From: Candidatus Zixiibacteriota bacterium
GTDB taxonomy: Bacteria; Zixibacteria; MSB-5A5; GN15; FEB-12
Assembly: GCA_041742355.1 (NCBI GenBank)
Contig: JBGSIV010000191.1
Location: 1-58,656 of the forward strand
Direction of reading: 5' to 3'
Length of the DNA: 58,656 nucleotides
Made by a program: the position numbers and the translations under genes. Under the pieces are notes generated by a model. That model saw only the letters and a program-made list of their open reading frames with translations. It made no database searches and had not been told where the DNA came from. Positions 19,172-27,897 of this stretch are shown piece after piece (the stretch's first letter is position 1; every line of letters begins with the position of its first letter).

Positions 19172-22141
19172 ATGAAACTGCACTTTGAACCAAATCTCGA
19201 CTACCAGTTACAAGCAATTGATGCCGTATGCGGGCTGTTCAGGGGCCAGGAAGTATGCCGTACTGAGTTTACCGTTACGCGGGATGCGCTGTCCCTCCAA
19301 CAGACCTTGGCATTCGCACAAAACGAGCTGGGTATAGGAAACCGCCTGCATTTGCTGAACGATGAGATTCTGAGCAATCTCAAGAGCATACAACTGAACA
19401 ACGGGTTACCGCCCTCTTCCGCCCTGGATTCGGGCGACTTTACAGTTGAGATGGAAACCGGAACCGGCAAGACGTACGTCTACACCCGAACAATCTTTGA
19501 GCTCAATCGAAAGTACGGGTTCACGAAATTCGTGATCGTCGTGCCATCGGTGGCCATTAAGGAAGGCGTTTACAAGTCGCTCCAAATCACCGAGGATCAC
19601 TTTCGATCTCTCTATGCAAATGTCCCCTTTGAATACTTCCTGTACGATTCAAGCAAGCTGGGCCAAGTCCGCAATTTTGCCACCAGCCCGAATATCCAAA
19701 TCATGATCGTGACCGTGGGGGCAATCAATAAGAAGGATGTCAATAACCTCTATAAGGACTCTGAGAAGACCGGCGGTGAGAAACCCATCGACCTGATCAA
19801 GGCGACCCGGCCGATTCTGATTGTGGACGAACCTCAGAGCGTCGATGGTGGCCTAAAAGGACGGGGAAAGGGGGCACTCGAAGACATGAACCCGCTTTGC
19901 ACTCTTCGCTACTCTGCTACACACGTAGACAAACACCATATGGTCTATCGCCTCGATGCGGTAACCGCTTACGAGCGTAAGCTGGTCAAGCAGATTGAGG
20001 TCGCCTCAGCTACGGTAGAAGGAGGTCATAATAAGCCATTTATCCGGCTTCTGTCGGTTGCCAATAAGAGAGGCGTGATCACGGCCAAGGTGGAACTGGA
20101 TGTTCAAACCAGGACCGGAGTAAGCCGACGTGAAATCAATGTGCAGGATGGTGACGACCTTGAATTGACCACAAGCCGGGCAATCTACCACGACTGCCGT
20201 ATCGGCGAAATCCGCGTGGCGCAAGGTGACGAGTTTATGGAGGTGCGTTTTCCTGGCGGGGAGCAATTCCTTGGAGTCGGTCAAGCATACGGGGATGTTG
20301 ATCCTCTCGCAGTCCAGCGGGAGATGATTCGGCGGACAATCAAGGAGCACCTTGATAAAGAGAAGCGACTGCGTCCGATGGGAATCAAGGTCCTTAGCCT
20401 TTTCTTTATTGATGCCGTTGACAAATATCGCAAGCACGATGAGGAGGGAAGGGCAGAAAAGGGGGAGTATGCTCGGATTTTTGAAGAGGAGTACAGTCGA
20501 TTTGCCAATCACCCGGATTACCGCACGCTGTTCAAGGAAGTTGACCTGTCCGCAACACTCGATGAGATCCACAACGGCTATTTTTCCATCGACAGGAAGG
20601 GCGGCTGGACAGATACAGCAGACAACGATCAGCCTAACCGAGACAACGCCGAAAGAGCATACAATTTGATCATGCGGGACAAGGAGAGACTACTCAGTCT
20701 TGATACGCCATTGAAGTTTATATTCTCGCACTCGGCCCTGCGGGAGGGTTGGGATAACCCGAACGTGTTCCAGATATGTTCACTCCGTGAGATGGGATCG
20801 GAGCAAGAACGCCGGCAGACAATCGGACGCGGATTGAGGTTATGTGTCAATCAGCAGGGAGAACGTGTTCGAGGGTTCGAGGTCAATACTCTTACGGTAA
20901 TTGCGACCGAAGCGTACGAACAGTATGCGGAGAACTTGCAGAAGGAGATTGAAAGGGACACGGGCATACGTTTCGGAATCGTTGAAGAACATCAATTTGC
21001 TGCGATTCCGGTAGCAGGCGACAACGGTGAGATATCGCCGCTCGGTGTGGATCTTTCCAAAGAGTTATGGGATTACCTGAAGCATGAGGGATTGATCAAT
21101 GCACAGGGCAAGGTCCAGGACTCTCTGAGGCGAGTGCTTAAGGATGGAAATCTCACCGTCCCAGAGGCTTTTGAAGCACATTTGCCGCAGATAAAGGAGA
21201 TTCTTCGCAAACTGAGTGGGAAGCTGGACATTAAGGACGCTGACCACAAGAGGCCGGTGCGGGCACGACAGGCAATTCTCCACGGCGAGCAGTTTAGGGC
21301 TCTCTGGGATCGCATCAAGCATAAGACGACATACCGAGTCGAGTTTGATAATGAGGAGCTGATTGAATCGTGTGTCAGGTCAATGCGAGAAGCTCCGCCA
21401 GTTTCCAAAACGAGGCTTGAATGGCGCAAGGCCGACCTCGCAATTGGGCGTGCCGGAGTGGAGGCCACGGAGACAGGCACGGCGGCTCCAGTGACCATTG
21501 AAGAGCAGGACATTGAGCTTCCGGACCTGATCACGGATTTGCAGGACAAGACGCAGCTTACCAGGCGCACAATAGTCCGCATTTTGAACGAATGCGGCAG
21601 GCTCAATGATTTCAAGCGGAACCCTCAGCAGTTCATAGAGCTTGCGGCAGAGGCCATCAACCGTTCAAAGCGGCTCTGCGTCGTGGACGGCATCAAATAC
21701 CAGAAGCTCGGCGATGAGTACTACTACGCACAAGAGCTTTTCGAACAAAAGGAGCTCATGGGGTACCTGAGAAATATGCTCACCGATACGGTGAAGTCGG
21801 TGTTCGAGCACGTGGTTTACGACTCTGACAATGAAGCGAATTTCGCCACTCAACTGGAGAAGAACGAGGCCGTCAAAGTGTACGCTAAATTGCCTGGGTG
21901 GTTCACTGTTCCAACTCCGCTGGGTACATACAATCCAGATTGGGCCGTGCTAGTGCAAAAGGACAATGCCGAGCGCCTCTATTTGGTCGTGGAAACCAAG
22001 AGCAGCCTTTTCACGGGCGATCTACGGGACAAGGAGGGTGCAAAAATCAAATGCGGTCATGCCCATTTCGAAGCACTCAAGCAAGGCGCTTCTCCTGCGG
22101 AGTTCAAGGTGGCACGGGAAGTCTCGGGTCTATTTGAATAG
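19172..22141 (+). CDS. res: Type III R-M restriction subunit (Res)
   Basis: VEMETGTGKT, IVDEPQ, LREGWDNPNVFQ, QTIGRGLRL, YNPDW..VETK nuclease motif. Confidence 0.95.
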   Translation: MKLHFEPNLDYQLQAIDAVCGLFRGQEVCRTEFTVTRDALSLQQTLAFAQNELGIGNRLHLLNDEILSNLKSIQLNNGLPPSSALDSGDFTVEMETGTGKTYVYTRTIFELNRKYGFTKFVIVVPSVAIKEGVYKSLQITEDHFRSLYANVPFEYFLYDSSKLGQVRNFATSPNIQIMIVTVGAINKKDVNNLYKDSEKTGGEKPIDLIKATRPILIVDEPQSVDGGLKGRGKGALEDMNPLCTLRYSATHVDKHHMVYRLDAVTAYERKLVKQIEVASATVEGGHNKPFIRLLSVANKRGVITAKVELDVQTRTGVSRREINVQDGDDLELTTSRAIYHDCRIGEIRVAQGDEFMEVRFPGGEQFLGVGQAYGDVDPLAVQREMIRRTIKEHLDKEKRLRPMGIKVLSLFFIDAVDKYRKHDEEGRAEKGEYARIFEEEYSRFANHPDYRTLFKEVDLSATLDEIHNGYFSIDRKGGWTDTADNDQPNRDNAERAYNLIMRDKERLLSLDTPLKFIFSHSALREGWDNPNVFQICSLREMGSEQERRQTIGRGLRLCVNQQGERVRGFEVNTLTVIATEAYEQYAENLQKEIERDTGIRFGIVEEHQFAAIPVAGDNGEISPLGVDLSKELWDYLKHEGLINAQGKVQDSLRRVLKDGNLTVPEAFEAHLPQIKEILRKLSGKLDIKDADHKRPVRARQAILHGEQFRALWDRIKHKTTYRVEFDNEELIESCVRSMREAPPVSKTRLEWRKADLAIGRAGVEATETGTAAPVTIEEQDIELPDLITDLQDKTQLTRRTIVRILNECGRLNDFKRNPQQFIELAAEAINRSKRLCVVDGIKYQKLGDEYYYAQELFEQKELMGYLRNMLTDTVKSVFEHVVYDSDNEANFATQLEKNEAVKVYAKLPGWFTVPTPLGTYNPDWAVLVQKDNAERLYLVVETKSSLFTGDLRDKEGAKIKCGHAHFEALKQGASPAEFKVAREVSGLFE

Positions 22142-22467
22142 AGAACAAAATCTACGGCTTTTCCAGCGAGACCGGCGTAACGTCGATTCCCAAGTTCTAT
22201 AGTTCGGGAAATTCCCTGAGCATAGGGTCCCATAGTTCACAATAGAGGACCCGCGTTTCTTCCCCCCGTCCCCCCTTGGAGATTTTCCGAGCATGGGACC
22301 CGTTCAATTATAGTCCTGCCCCGCAGGGTTCGTGCGTTTCACCCCTGCAATGGCCCTGAAGGACCGCCCGAAAACCGGGGGAAAACCGCCCCCAAAGGCA
22401 GGGCAAAGCTACCTTATATACCGCCGAATACCGCAAGGGGCAGAGAACCAAGCCCACTTTGCGGCTA

Positions 22468-22513
22468 TTTTCTTCATAATTAAACTTGACATATGAAGAA
22501 AAGGCGGTATATT
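22468..22513 (+). promoter_or_regulatory. Sigma-70 promoter with an overlapping 11-bp inverted repeat
   Basis: TTGACA (22486-22491), 16 bp, TATATT (22508-22513); TTTTCTTCATA (22468-22478) and TATGAAGAAAA (22492-22502) flank the -35. Confidence 0.65.
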
Positions 22514-22572
22514 GCCGATGTAAACAACACGACAACCGATCCAAAACTACCTTCTAACACGAGGTAAACCAA

Positions 22573-22788
22573 ATGCAAAGCTCCCTCAATCTCCCTCCCT
22601 CGGCTCCGCATATGCGCAAGTGCGCCGATTGCGGCCGATACACTGCCGTCTACCACTTCCTCGGCAGCGCCGTGTGCCCCTCTTGTCGGCGAATCCGTGA
22701 GGCGTTCCTGGATGAAATCTACCGCCAGTGGGATCGCCAGGATGAAACGGCAGCCCTCTCTGCCACTAACCGCTCTAACGAGCACTGA
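22573..22788 (+). CDS. Small Zn-finger protein
   Basis: CADC..CPSC; GAGGT RBS upstream. Confidence 0.6.
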   Translation: MQSSLNLPPSAPHMRKCADCGRYTAVYHFLGSAVCPSCRRIREAFLDEIYRQWDRQDETAALSATNRSNEH

Positions 22789-22799
22789 AGGGGGCAGCC

Positions 22800-23633
22800 A
22801 TGAAATTCTACGGCAAGGCGCAAACAGTGGCCGATGACATCGTCTCGGCCTTTGAACAGGGTCGAATCCCCAAAGCTCTGGCGCAAGTGTTCATCCACAA
22901 GCGGGATGATATCCCCTCCAACAAGTGGTCCTGGTCGAATCAATTGCTTGTGGCCCTGCACGGCTATGCTGATGCCCGAGGCATTCGGCAGTGGAACCAG
23001 GTCAACCGTTCAGTCATGAAGGGGCAGCGGGCCTTTGATATCCTGGCCCCTCGGTTTATCCGCAAGAGAAACGAGCACACGGGTGAGGAAGAGGCAGCCC
23101 TGATCGGCTTTGTGACTGTCCCAGTTTTCGGGTATGAGCAAACGCACGGGGCAGCCCTGCCGGGGGCAAACCCTGGACTTGAGGCTTGGCAGCACAATCT
23201 GCCCTTGCGGGAAGTGGCCGAGGCTTGGGGCTTGTCGGTAACGACCTTCAGCGGAGCAGGGGCTCGTTATCACGGGTATTACCGACACGGGCAGGCCATT
23301 GCCCTTGGCGTCAAGAATCTCTCCACGTGGGCGCACGAGCTCATCCATGCCGCCGATGATCGGGTGCAAGGTGGGCTTAAAGGGGGGCAGGATCTGGATC
23401 AGGAGGTGATTGCCGAATTTGGCGGGGCGGTCCTGCTGGAAATCCTCGGTATGGATCAGGAATCGGATCGGGGCGGCTGCTGGGAGTATGTCAATGCATA
23501 CGCCGACAAAGCCAAAATCCACCCCATAACCGCCATTAACAGGGTTCTGGACCGCACGTGCAAGGCGGTCTCTCTGATCCTGGAGTCGGCGGACTCCATG
23601 AGAGCCAATCAGCCGCAGACGGCGGTTGCCTGA
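22800..23633 (+). CDS. ArdC-like antirestriction protein (ssDNA-binding domain plus zincin-like HExxH domain)
   Basis: WSWSNQLLV..ARGIRQWN..V.KG..I.AP..VFGYEQTHG; WAHELIHA..EVIAE. Confidence 0.75.
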   Translation: MKFYGKAQTVADDIVSAFEQGRIPKALAQVFIHKRDDIPSNKWSWSNQLLVALHGYADARGIRQWNQVNRSVMKGQRAFDILAPRFIRKRNEHTGEEEAALIGFVTVPVFGYEQTHGAALPGANPGLEAWQHNLPLREVAEAWGLSVTTFSGAGARYHGYYRHGQAIALGVKNLSTWAHELIHAADDRVQGGLKGGQDLDQEVIAEFGGAVLLEILGMDQESDRGGCWEYVNAYADKAKIHPITAINRVLDRTCKAVSLILESADSMRANQPQTAVA

Positions 23634-23641
23634 ACGAGCAC

Positions 23642-23672
23642 GGAAGGGGCGGGTAATCCCGCCCTTTCCTTT
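23642..23672 (+). terminator. Putative intrinsic terminator/attenuator after ardC
   Basis: GGAAGGGGCGGG-taat-CCCGCCCTTTCC followed by TTT. Confidence 0.55.
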
Positions 23673-23707
23673 GATCGGAAACGCACAATCCATACGGAGC
23701 CAATACA

Positions 23708-24346
23708 ATGTTGAAGCTTACCGATAAATACAGACCGAAGGCCCTGGCCGATGTAGTGGGGCAGGACAAGGCGGTTGCCATTGTCGGCAAGATACTGGAA
23801 AGAGGCATTGGGGGCAGGGCATTCTGGGTAACGGGGGATTCCGGTACGGGCAAGACAACCTTAGCGAAGATCATCGCCGAGGCCGTGGCCGATCCGACCT
23901 GGGATCTTACGGAATCGGTTGCCCGTGAACTTACGCCAAACGGCATCCGGGAAGTGGCCAAGCGGTGGGGCAGGGTGCCGATGAAATCAGCCCATGCCTG
24001 GATCGTCAACGAGGCGCATGGGCTATCCCGACCCTGCATTGAGATCCTCCTGGAGATCCTTGAGAATCTCACGGAGAAGGTCGTGGTCGTATTCACCACA
24101 ACCAAACAGGGCAACGATCTCTTCGAGGAGCAGCTTGACTCGGGGCCATTTGCCTCACGTTGCATCGGGATTCGCTTGACTAATCAGGGGCTTTGTGCCG
24201 CCTTTGCTCGGAGGGCCAGGGAGATTGCCGAGGCCGAGGGCCTGGACGGGCAGCCAATCGAAGCCTACGAGAAACTGGCCAAGCGCAACCGGAACAACTT
24301 CCGAGCCATGCTTAACGAGATCGAATCCGGGGTCATGCTATGTTAG
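23708..24346 (+). CDS. Stand-alone clamp-loader-clade AAA+ ATPase (DnaX/RFC/RarA-like, no collar domain)
   Basis: [22 protein letters not shown], Walker B variant IVNEAH, SRC motif; only 212 aa. Confidence 0.85.
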   Translation: MLKLTDKYRPKALADVVGQDKAVAIVGKILERGIGGRAFWVTGDSGTGKTTLAKIIAEAVADPTWDLTESVARELTPNGIREVAKRWGRVPMKSAHAWIVNEAHGLSRPCIEILLEILENLTEKVVVVFTTTKQGNDLFEEQLDSGPFASRCIGIRLTNQGLCAAFARRAREIAEAEGLDGQPIEAYEKLAKRNRNNFRAMLNEIESGVMLC

Positions 24347-24678
24347 TGGGGCAGACCGCAAGACTCCCCTGGAAGCCAGAAACGGGCTGGCTCCAAATGA
24401 AAAACCGCCTGGCCCTTGCGAGGCCAGACGGCTAACACGAGGGTCGAAGCCAATGCAAAGGCCTCGATCTTCGGCAGCAAGATACCCGACGGCACTGATT
24501 CAGGCAAGGAAATGTGCTTTGGGGAGGGATATGAGATATCGGCCTAATGGTTACAATCCGGCGAGGCTTCGCCTCGGTATACACAATTCTGACCGCTTTG
24601 TCAATCCTTTTGCAGCAGTGCTGTGAGAGAGCAGCTTAAGCCGCACACACGAAGATAGCAAACTGGGGCGATTCTCCA

Positions 24679-24714
24679 TCCAACTTGGGTAATTGCAGCC
24701 CCCCGCCACCATAA
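24679..24714. other. attR of the LSR element (P arm, core and displaced tRNA CCA end)
   Basis: TCCAACTTGGGTAATTGC-AG-CCCCCCGCCA-CCATAA. Confidence 0.85.
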
Positions 24715-25063
24715 GTCAATATCTCCCAACAGCTTCTATCGTTTATCGTGGATATTTAGACCTACCAAAAACGCGATTTTCTAACAGTTTGCTAACAACA
24801 GCTTGCTTTGCGAACAGGGTAAGCTGATTCGAGCCGCCGATCCACTCAGATCTCGTGTTGCAACGCAAGGGCTTACTGAACCCGTCGTAAACTGATGGCC
24901 GCACAGTACTTGACCGCTCAGCCAAGAACCCGAAGGTCATAGTCATCGGCCAAATCAGGTATGAGAACATAACAGATTTGGCTTGACAATTGATCTCAAA
25001 TAGAGTTCACTTGTTCCGACAATAGAATCAGTTGTATCAAGAATAGAATCAGGTAGTGATAGG

Positions 25064-25702
25064 ATGTGCGCGCGAAGCTCAAAGAGCAAATCGTCGATTG
25101 GGGTGAGCTCCGGAATTGGGGAAGCCCTGTTTCCCAAGATACGGCGGAAAGCACTTGCGCTCTTCTTGCTGAATCCCGACAAACGCTACTACTTCCGAGA
25201 GGCGGTCAGGCTCTTGGGCGACACACCGGGTTCACTCCAGCGGGAGCTCAAGACGCTTACCGCCGCCGGTATACTGACAGTGGAGCCAATTGGCATTCAG
25301 AAGTTCTACCGCGCCAACTCCGACAGTCCGGTCTTCGGTGAACTCAAGGCAATAGCCGAGAAGACGTTTGGCATCGCGGATGTTATCCGTGACATCCTCC
25401 GGACACAAGCCGAATCGAAGATTGGCCTGGCCTGGATCTACGGTTCAGTCGCCAGCGGTCAGGATACCAGTTCAAGTGATATTGATCTCATGGTAGTTGG
25501 AAGCTTGTCATTTCGCGAGTTGGTTGCTATCCTGAAGCCGGTGGAAGAACACATGCAGCGGCCAATCAATCCGACGCTGTATGCGGAGAGTGAGTTTCGA
25601 CAGAAGGTCCGAGAAGGAAACCACTTTCTCCTCAACGTGCTGAAGTCGGACAAGCTATTCGTGATGGGGAACGAAGATGACCTTGGAAGACTGGCTCAGT
25701 AG
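25064..25702 (+). CDS. HTH plus minimal nucleotidyltransferase (MNT antitoxin)
   Basis: N-terminal wHTH; IYGSVASGQDTSSSDIDLMVV (GS-x10-DxD); true start may be GTG 25103. Confidence 0.88.
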   Translation: MCARSSKSKSSIGVSSGIGEALFPKIRRKALALFLLNPDKRYYFREAVRLLGDTPGSLQRELKTLTAAGILTVEPIGIQKFYRANSDSPVFGELKAIAEKTFGIADVIRDILRTQAESKIGLAWIYGSVASGQDTSSSDIDLMVVGSLSFRELVAILKPVEEHMQRPINPTLYAESEFRQKVREGNHFLLNVLKSDKLFVMGNEDDLGRLAQ

Positions 25703-26123
25703 CGGTTGGCTGAAACGGCATTCGACGAGCCGGACAGAGATCGCCGATCTCCTTGCCAAGGTCGACCGGGACATCATCGAAGCGGCCAAGATCGAGATTA
25801 CGCTGGACTGGCGCCTGGCCATCGCTTACAACGCCTGCCTCGGCTGCGCTACGACCGCCTTACGGGCGAGCGGCTACCGAATTCCCGGTGGTGCCGGGCA
25901 GCACTACCGAACCATTCAATCGCTGCGACTCACCATCAACCCTCCGCCTGATATAATAGCGTCCTTGGAGGCCATTAGCCGCAAGCGAGCCATAGTCAGC
26001 TACGATGCGGCGGGGACTATCACCGAGTCGGCGCTGGTGGAGGCAATGAGTCTGGCGGGAGACCTGCGGGAGAAGTTGCTGTCCTGGCTCCGGGAAGAGC
26101 ATCCCGAGTTGATGCAGGAGTGA
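25677..26123 (+). CDS. HEPN-domain protein (partner of MNT)
   Basis: Overlaps the MNT gene; helical; AYNA..ALRASGYR..H..RKRAIVSY. Confidence 0.75.
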   Translation: MTLEDWLSSGWLKRHSTSRTEIADLLAKVDRDIIEAAKIEITLDWRLAIAYNACLGCATTALRASGYRIPGGAGQHYRTIQSLRLTINPPPDIIASLEAISRKRAIVSYDAAGTITESALVEAMSLAGDLREKLLSWLREEHPELMQE

Positions 26124-26132
26124 TCGGCCGCC

Positions 26133-27362
26133 ATGTCTGACACCGATGCTGTCAAATCAATCAAATCTCGATTGGCCGGACTGAAACGCGGGCGTCGGTT
26201 TATCGATTACCGCGAGTCAGGACCATATGCCCGTGAACTCGAGAGTATGCTGGACGAGATTGACAGCCTGGCCGCAGGCCCGCGCCAGAGTGTTGAGCTG
26301 GTGGCGGCGTTTATCCAGACTGACAACGCCGTGCTGGGCCGTGCCGATGATTCCGACGGATCAATCGGCGATGTGTACCGCATCTTCGCCAGCGAGAGCT
26401 TCACTTCTCACGCGTCTCAATGTGAAGATAAGGAATGGCTGTACGACCTGACTCTCAAGCTGTACAGGCAGGATGAATTCGGGGTTCGTGATTCTGTGAT
26501 TGCCAACGCTGCCGCCTTCCTGCCGGAGTCGTATCTCCGGCGCATGGTCGACGAGTTCTGGGCTTTGGGCGCGCAGGAAGCGGGCGAATTCAAGAGATAT
26601 CACTGGTACCTGGCTATCGAGTCTATCGCCAGGCAATTGAAAGACCCCGCTCTATTTGAGAAGGCGTGCCGCGCCAAGTGGCCAGACCTGCCGGTGGCGG
26701 GACACTTTCACATCGCGGAAGCTTACCATGAGAGCGGTTTTCCACTCGTAGCCCTGCACTGGTTGGACAAAGTTCCATCCGGCGAGATGTTCCAGCTTGA
26801 TGAGCGCGAGCGATTGCTGCTGCCAGTGCTCATGGATCTCGGCAACCGGGGGAGAGCCGAAGAGGTGGCATGGAGGGTATTCCGCCGTTCGAGGAGCAAG
26901 GAGAGGCTGTCTCTGCTGGGGAGTGTCATCGGTGAGTCTGAAACGGAACGCATAATCGACAGCGAGATCGCACTGGTGCTGGAGTCTCCAACTCTCGACT
27001 ATGTCGACGCCTCGTTCTTGTTGGAATTGGAACGCTTCGCCGAGGCCGAGCGCTACTTGATCGAACGCTCCACTCAGCTTAACGGAGACTACTACGACCA
27101 GTTGTTGCCGTGGGCAAAGGCATTCGAGAAGCAGGAGAGATTCCTCGTGGCCAGTGTTCTCTATCGAGTCTTGCTCGATTCAATTCTCCGGCGCGCAGTA
27201 TCAAAGTACTACACCTACGCTGTTCGGTACTTGCGAAAACTCGATGATCTGGGTCCGCGCATTCGCGACTGGGGAGGATTGCCAGGTCATGACGAGTACA
27301 AAATGAATTTGCGGCTTGAGCACAAGTTGAAGCGCAGCTTCTGGGCGCGGTATGAGCCGTAG
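26133..27362 (+). CDS. Helical-repeat hypothetical protein (DUF6880-like)
   Basis: RADDSDGSIGDV, DEFGVR, LLDSIL..SKYYTYAVRYLRKL, H..Y..L..H..K.SFW. Confidence 0.7.
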   Translation: MSDTDAVKSIKSRLAGLKRGRRFIDYRESGPYARELESMLDEIDSLAAGPRQSVELVAAFIQTDNAVLGRADDSDGSIGDVYRIFASESFTSHASQCEDKEWLYDLTLKLYRQDEFGVRDSVIANAAAFLPESYLRRMVDEFWALGAQEAGEFKRYHWYLAIESIARQLKDPALFEKACRAKWPDLPVAGHFHIAEAYHESGFPLVALHWLDKVPSGEMFQLDERERLLLPVLMDLGNRGRAEEVAWRVFRRSRSKERLSLLGSVIGESETERIIDSEIALVLESPTLDYVDASFLLELERFAEAERYLIERSTQLNGDYYDQLLPWAKAFEKQERFLVASVLYRVLLDSILRRAVSKYYTYAVRYLRKLDDLGPRIRDWGGLPGHDEYKMNLRLEHKLKRSFWARYEP

Positions 27363-27897
27363 ACGGGAGGTACCCGGTTCCTCACGCTTGACGAATGCGA
27401 CCACGTGGATGAAGGCTGCCTGATTCGACAGCCTCTCAGCCCAAATTGGTTGCGAATCTCGCTGGTCGCTGATAGCAGGCGGCGGCTGAGTCAACCTACC
27501 GTAGACACGCTTCGCAGCAGCCCGCGACCTCCGGGTCCAAAACCCGGACGTCGCGTTACAAAAGTCGCTGTGGTTGGTTAGCTCAGGGGGCGAGGGCGAT
27601 CTTGAAGTTTCAGGAGGGACTTTGCCTAACCCCTCACATTATCTCAAATGTCGTGAAAGGCGCGCCAATGAACCTGCGCTTAAGCATCGCCACAGAGTGG
27701 CTTCAGAGATCCCTCATATTTCTGAATTTTGTTATTGACAAAGAACCCCACGATAATTATCCATCAACTGGTAATAGCAACGGTAATTGTGGTTGCGGGC
27801 ATACGGGCATTTGGGAATGGGGCTCTCCCTGCCATAGATTCCTGTTGGCGTTATCAGGCGATGTGCCTGCGACCATGTCAACCACGGGAGGTTCGTC

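Noticed and set aside
9410-22141. BREX or DISARM system
   Set aside because: No PglZ, BrxC or DrmA/DrmB-like genes recognised; the methylase and helicase-nuclease have type III Mod/Res signatures
23708-24346. Host dnaX or rarA gene
   Set aside because: Too short, lacks the C-terminal domains and DnaX Zn module, and lies inside the mobile element
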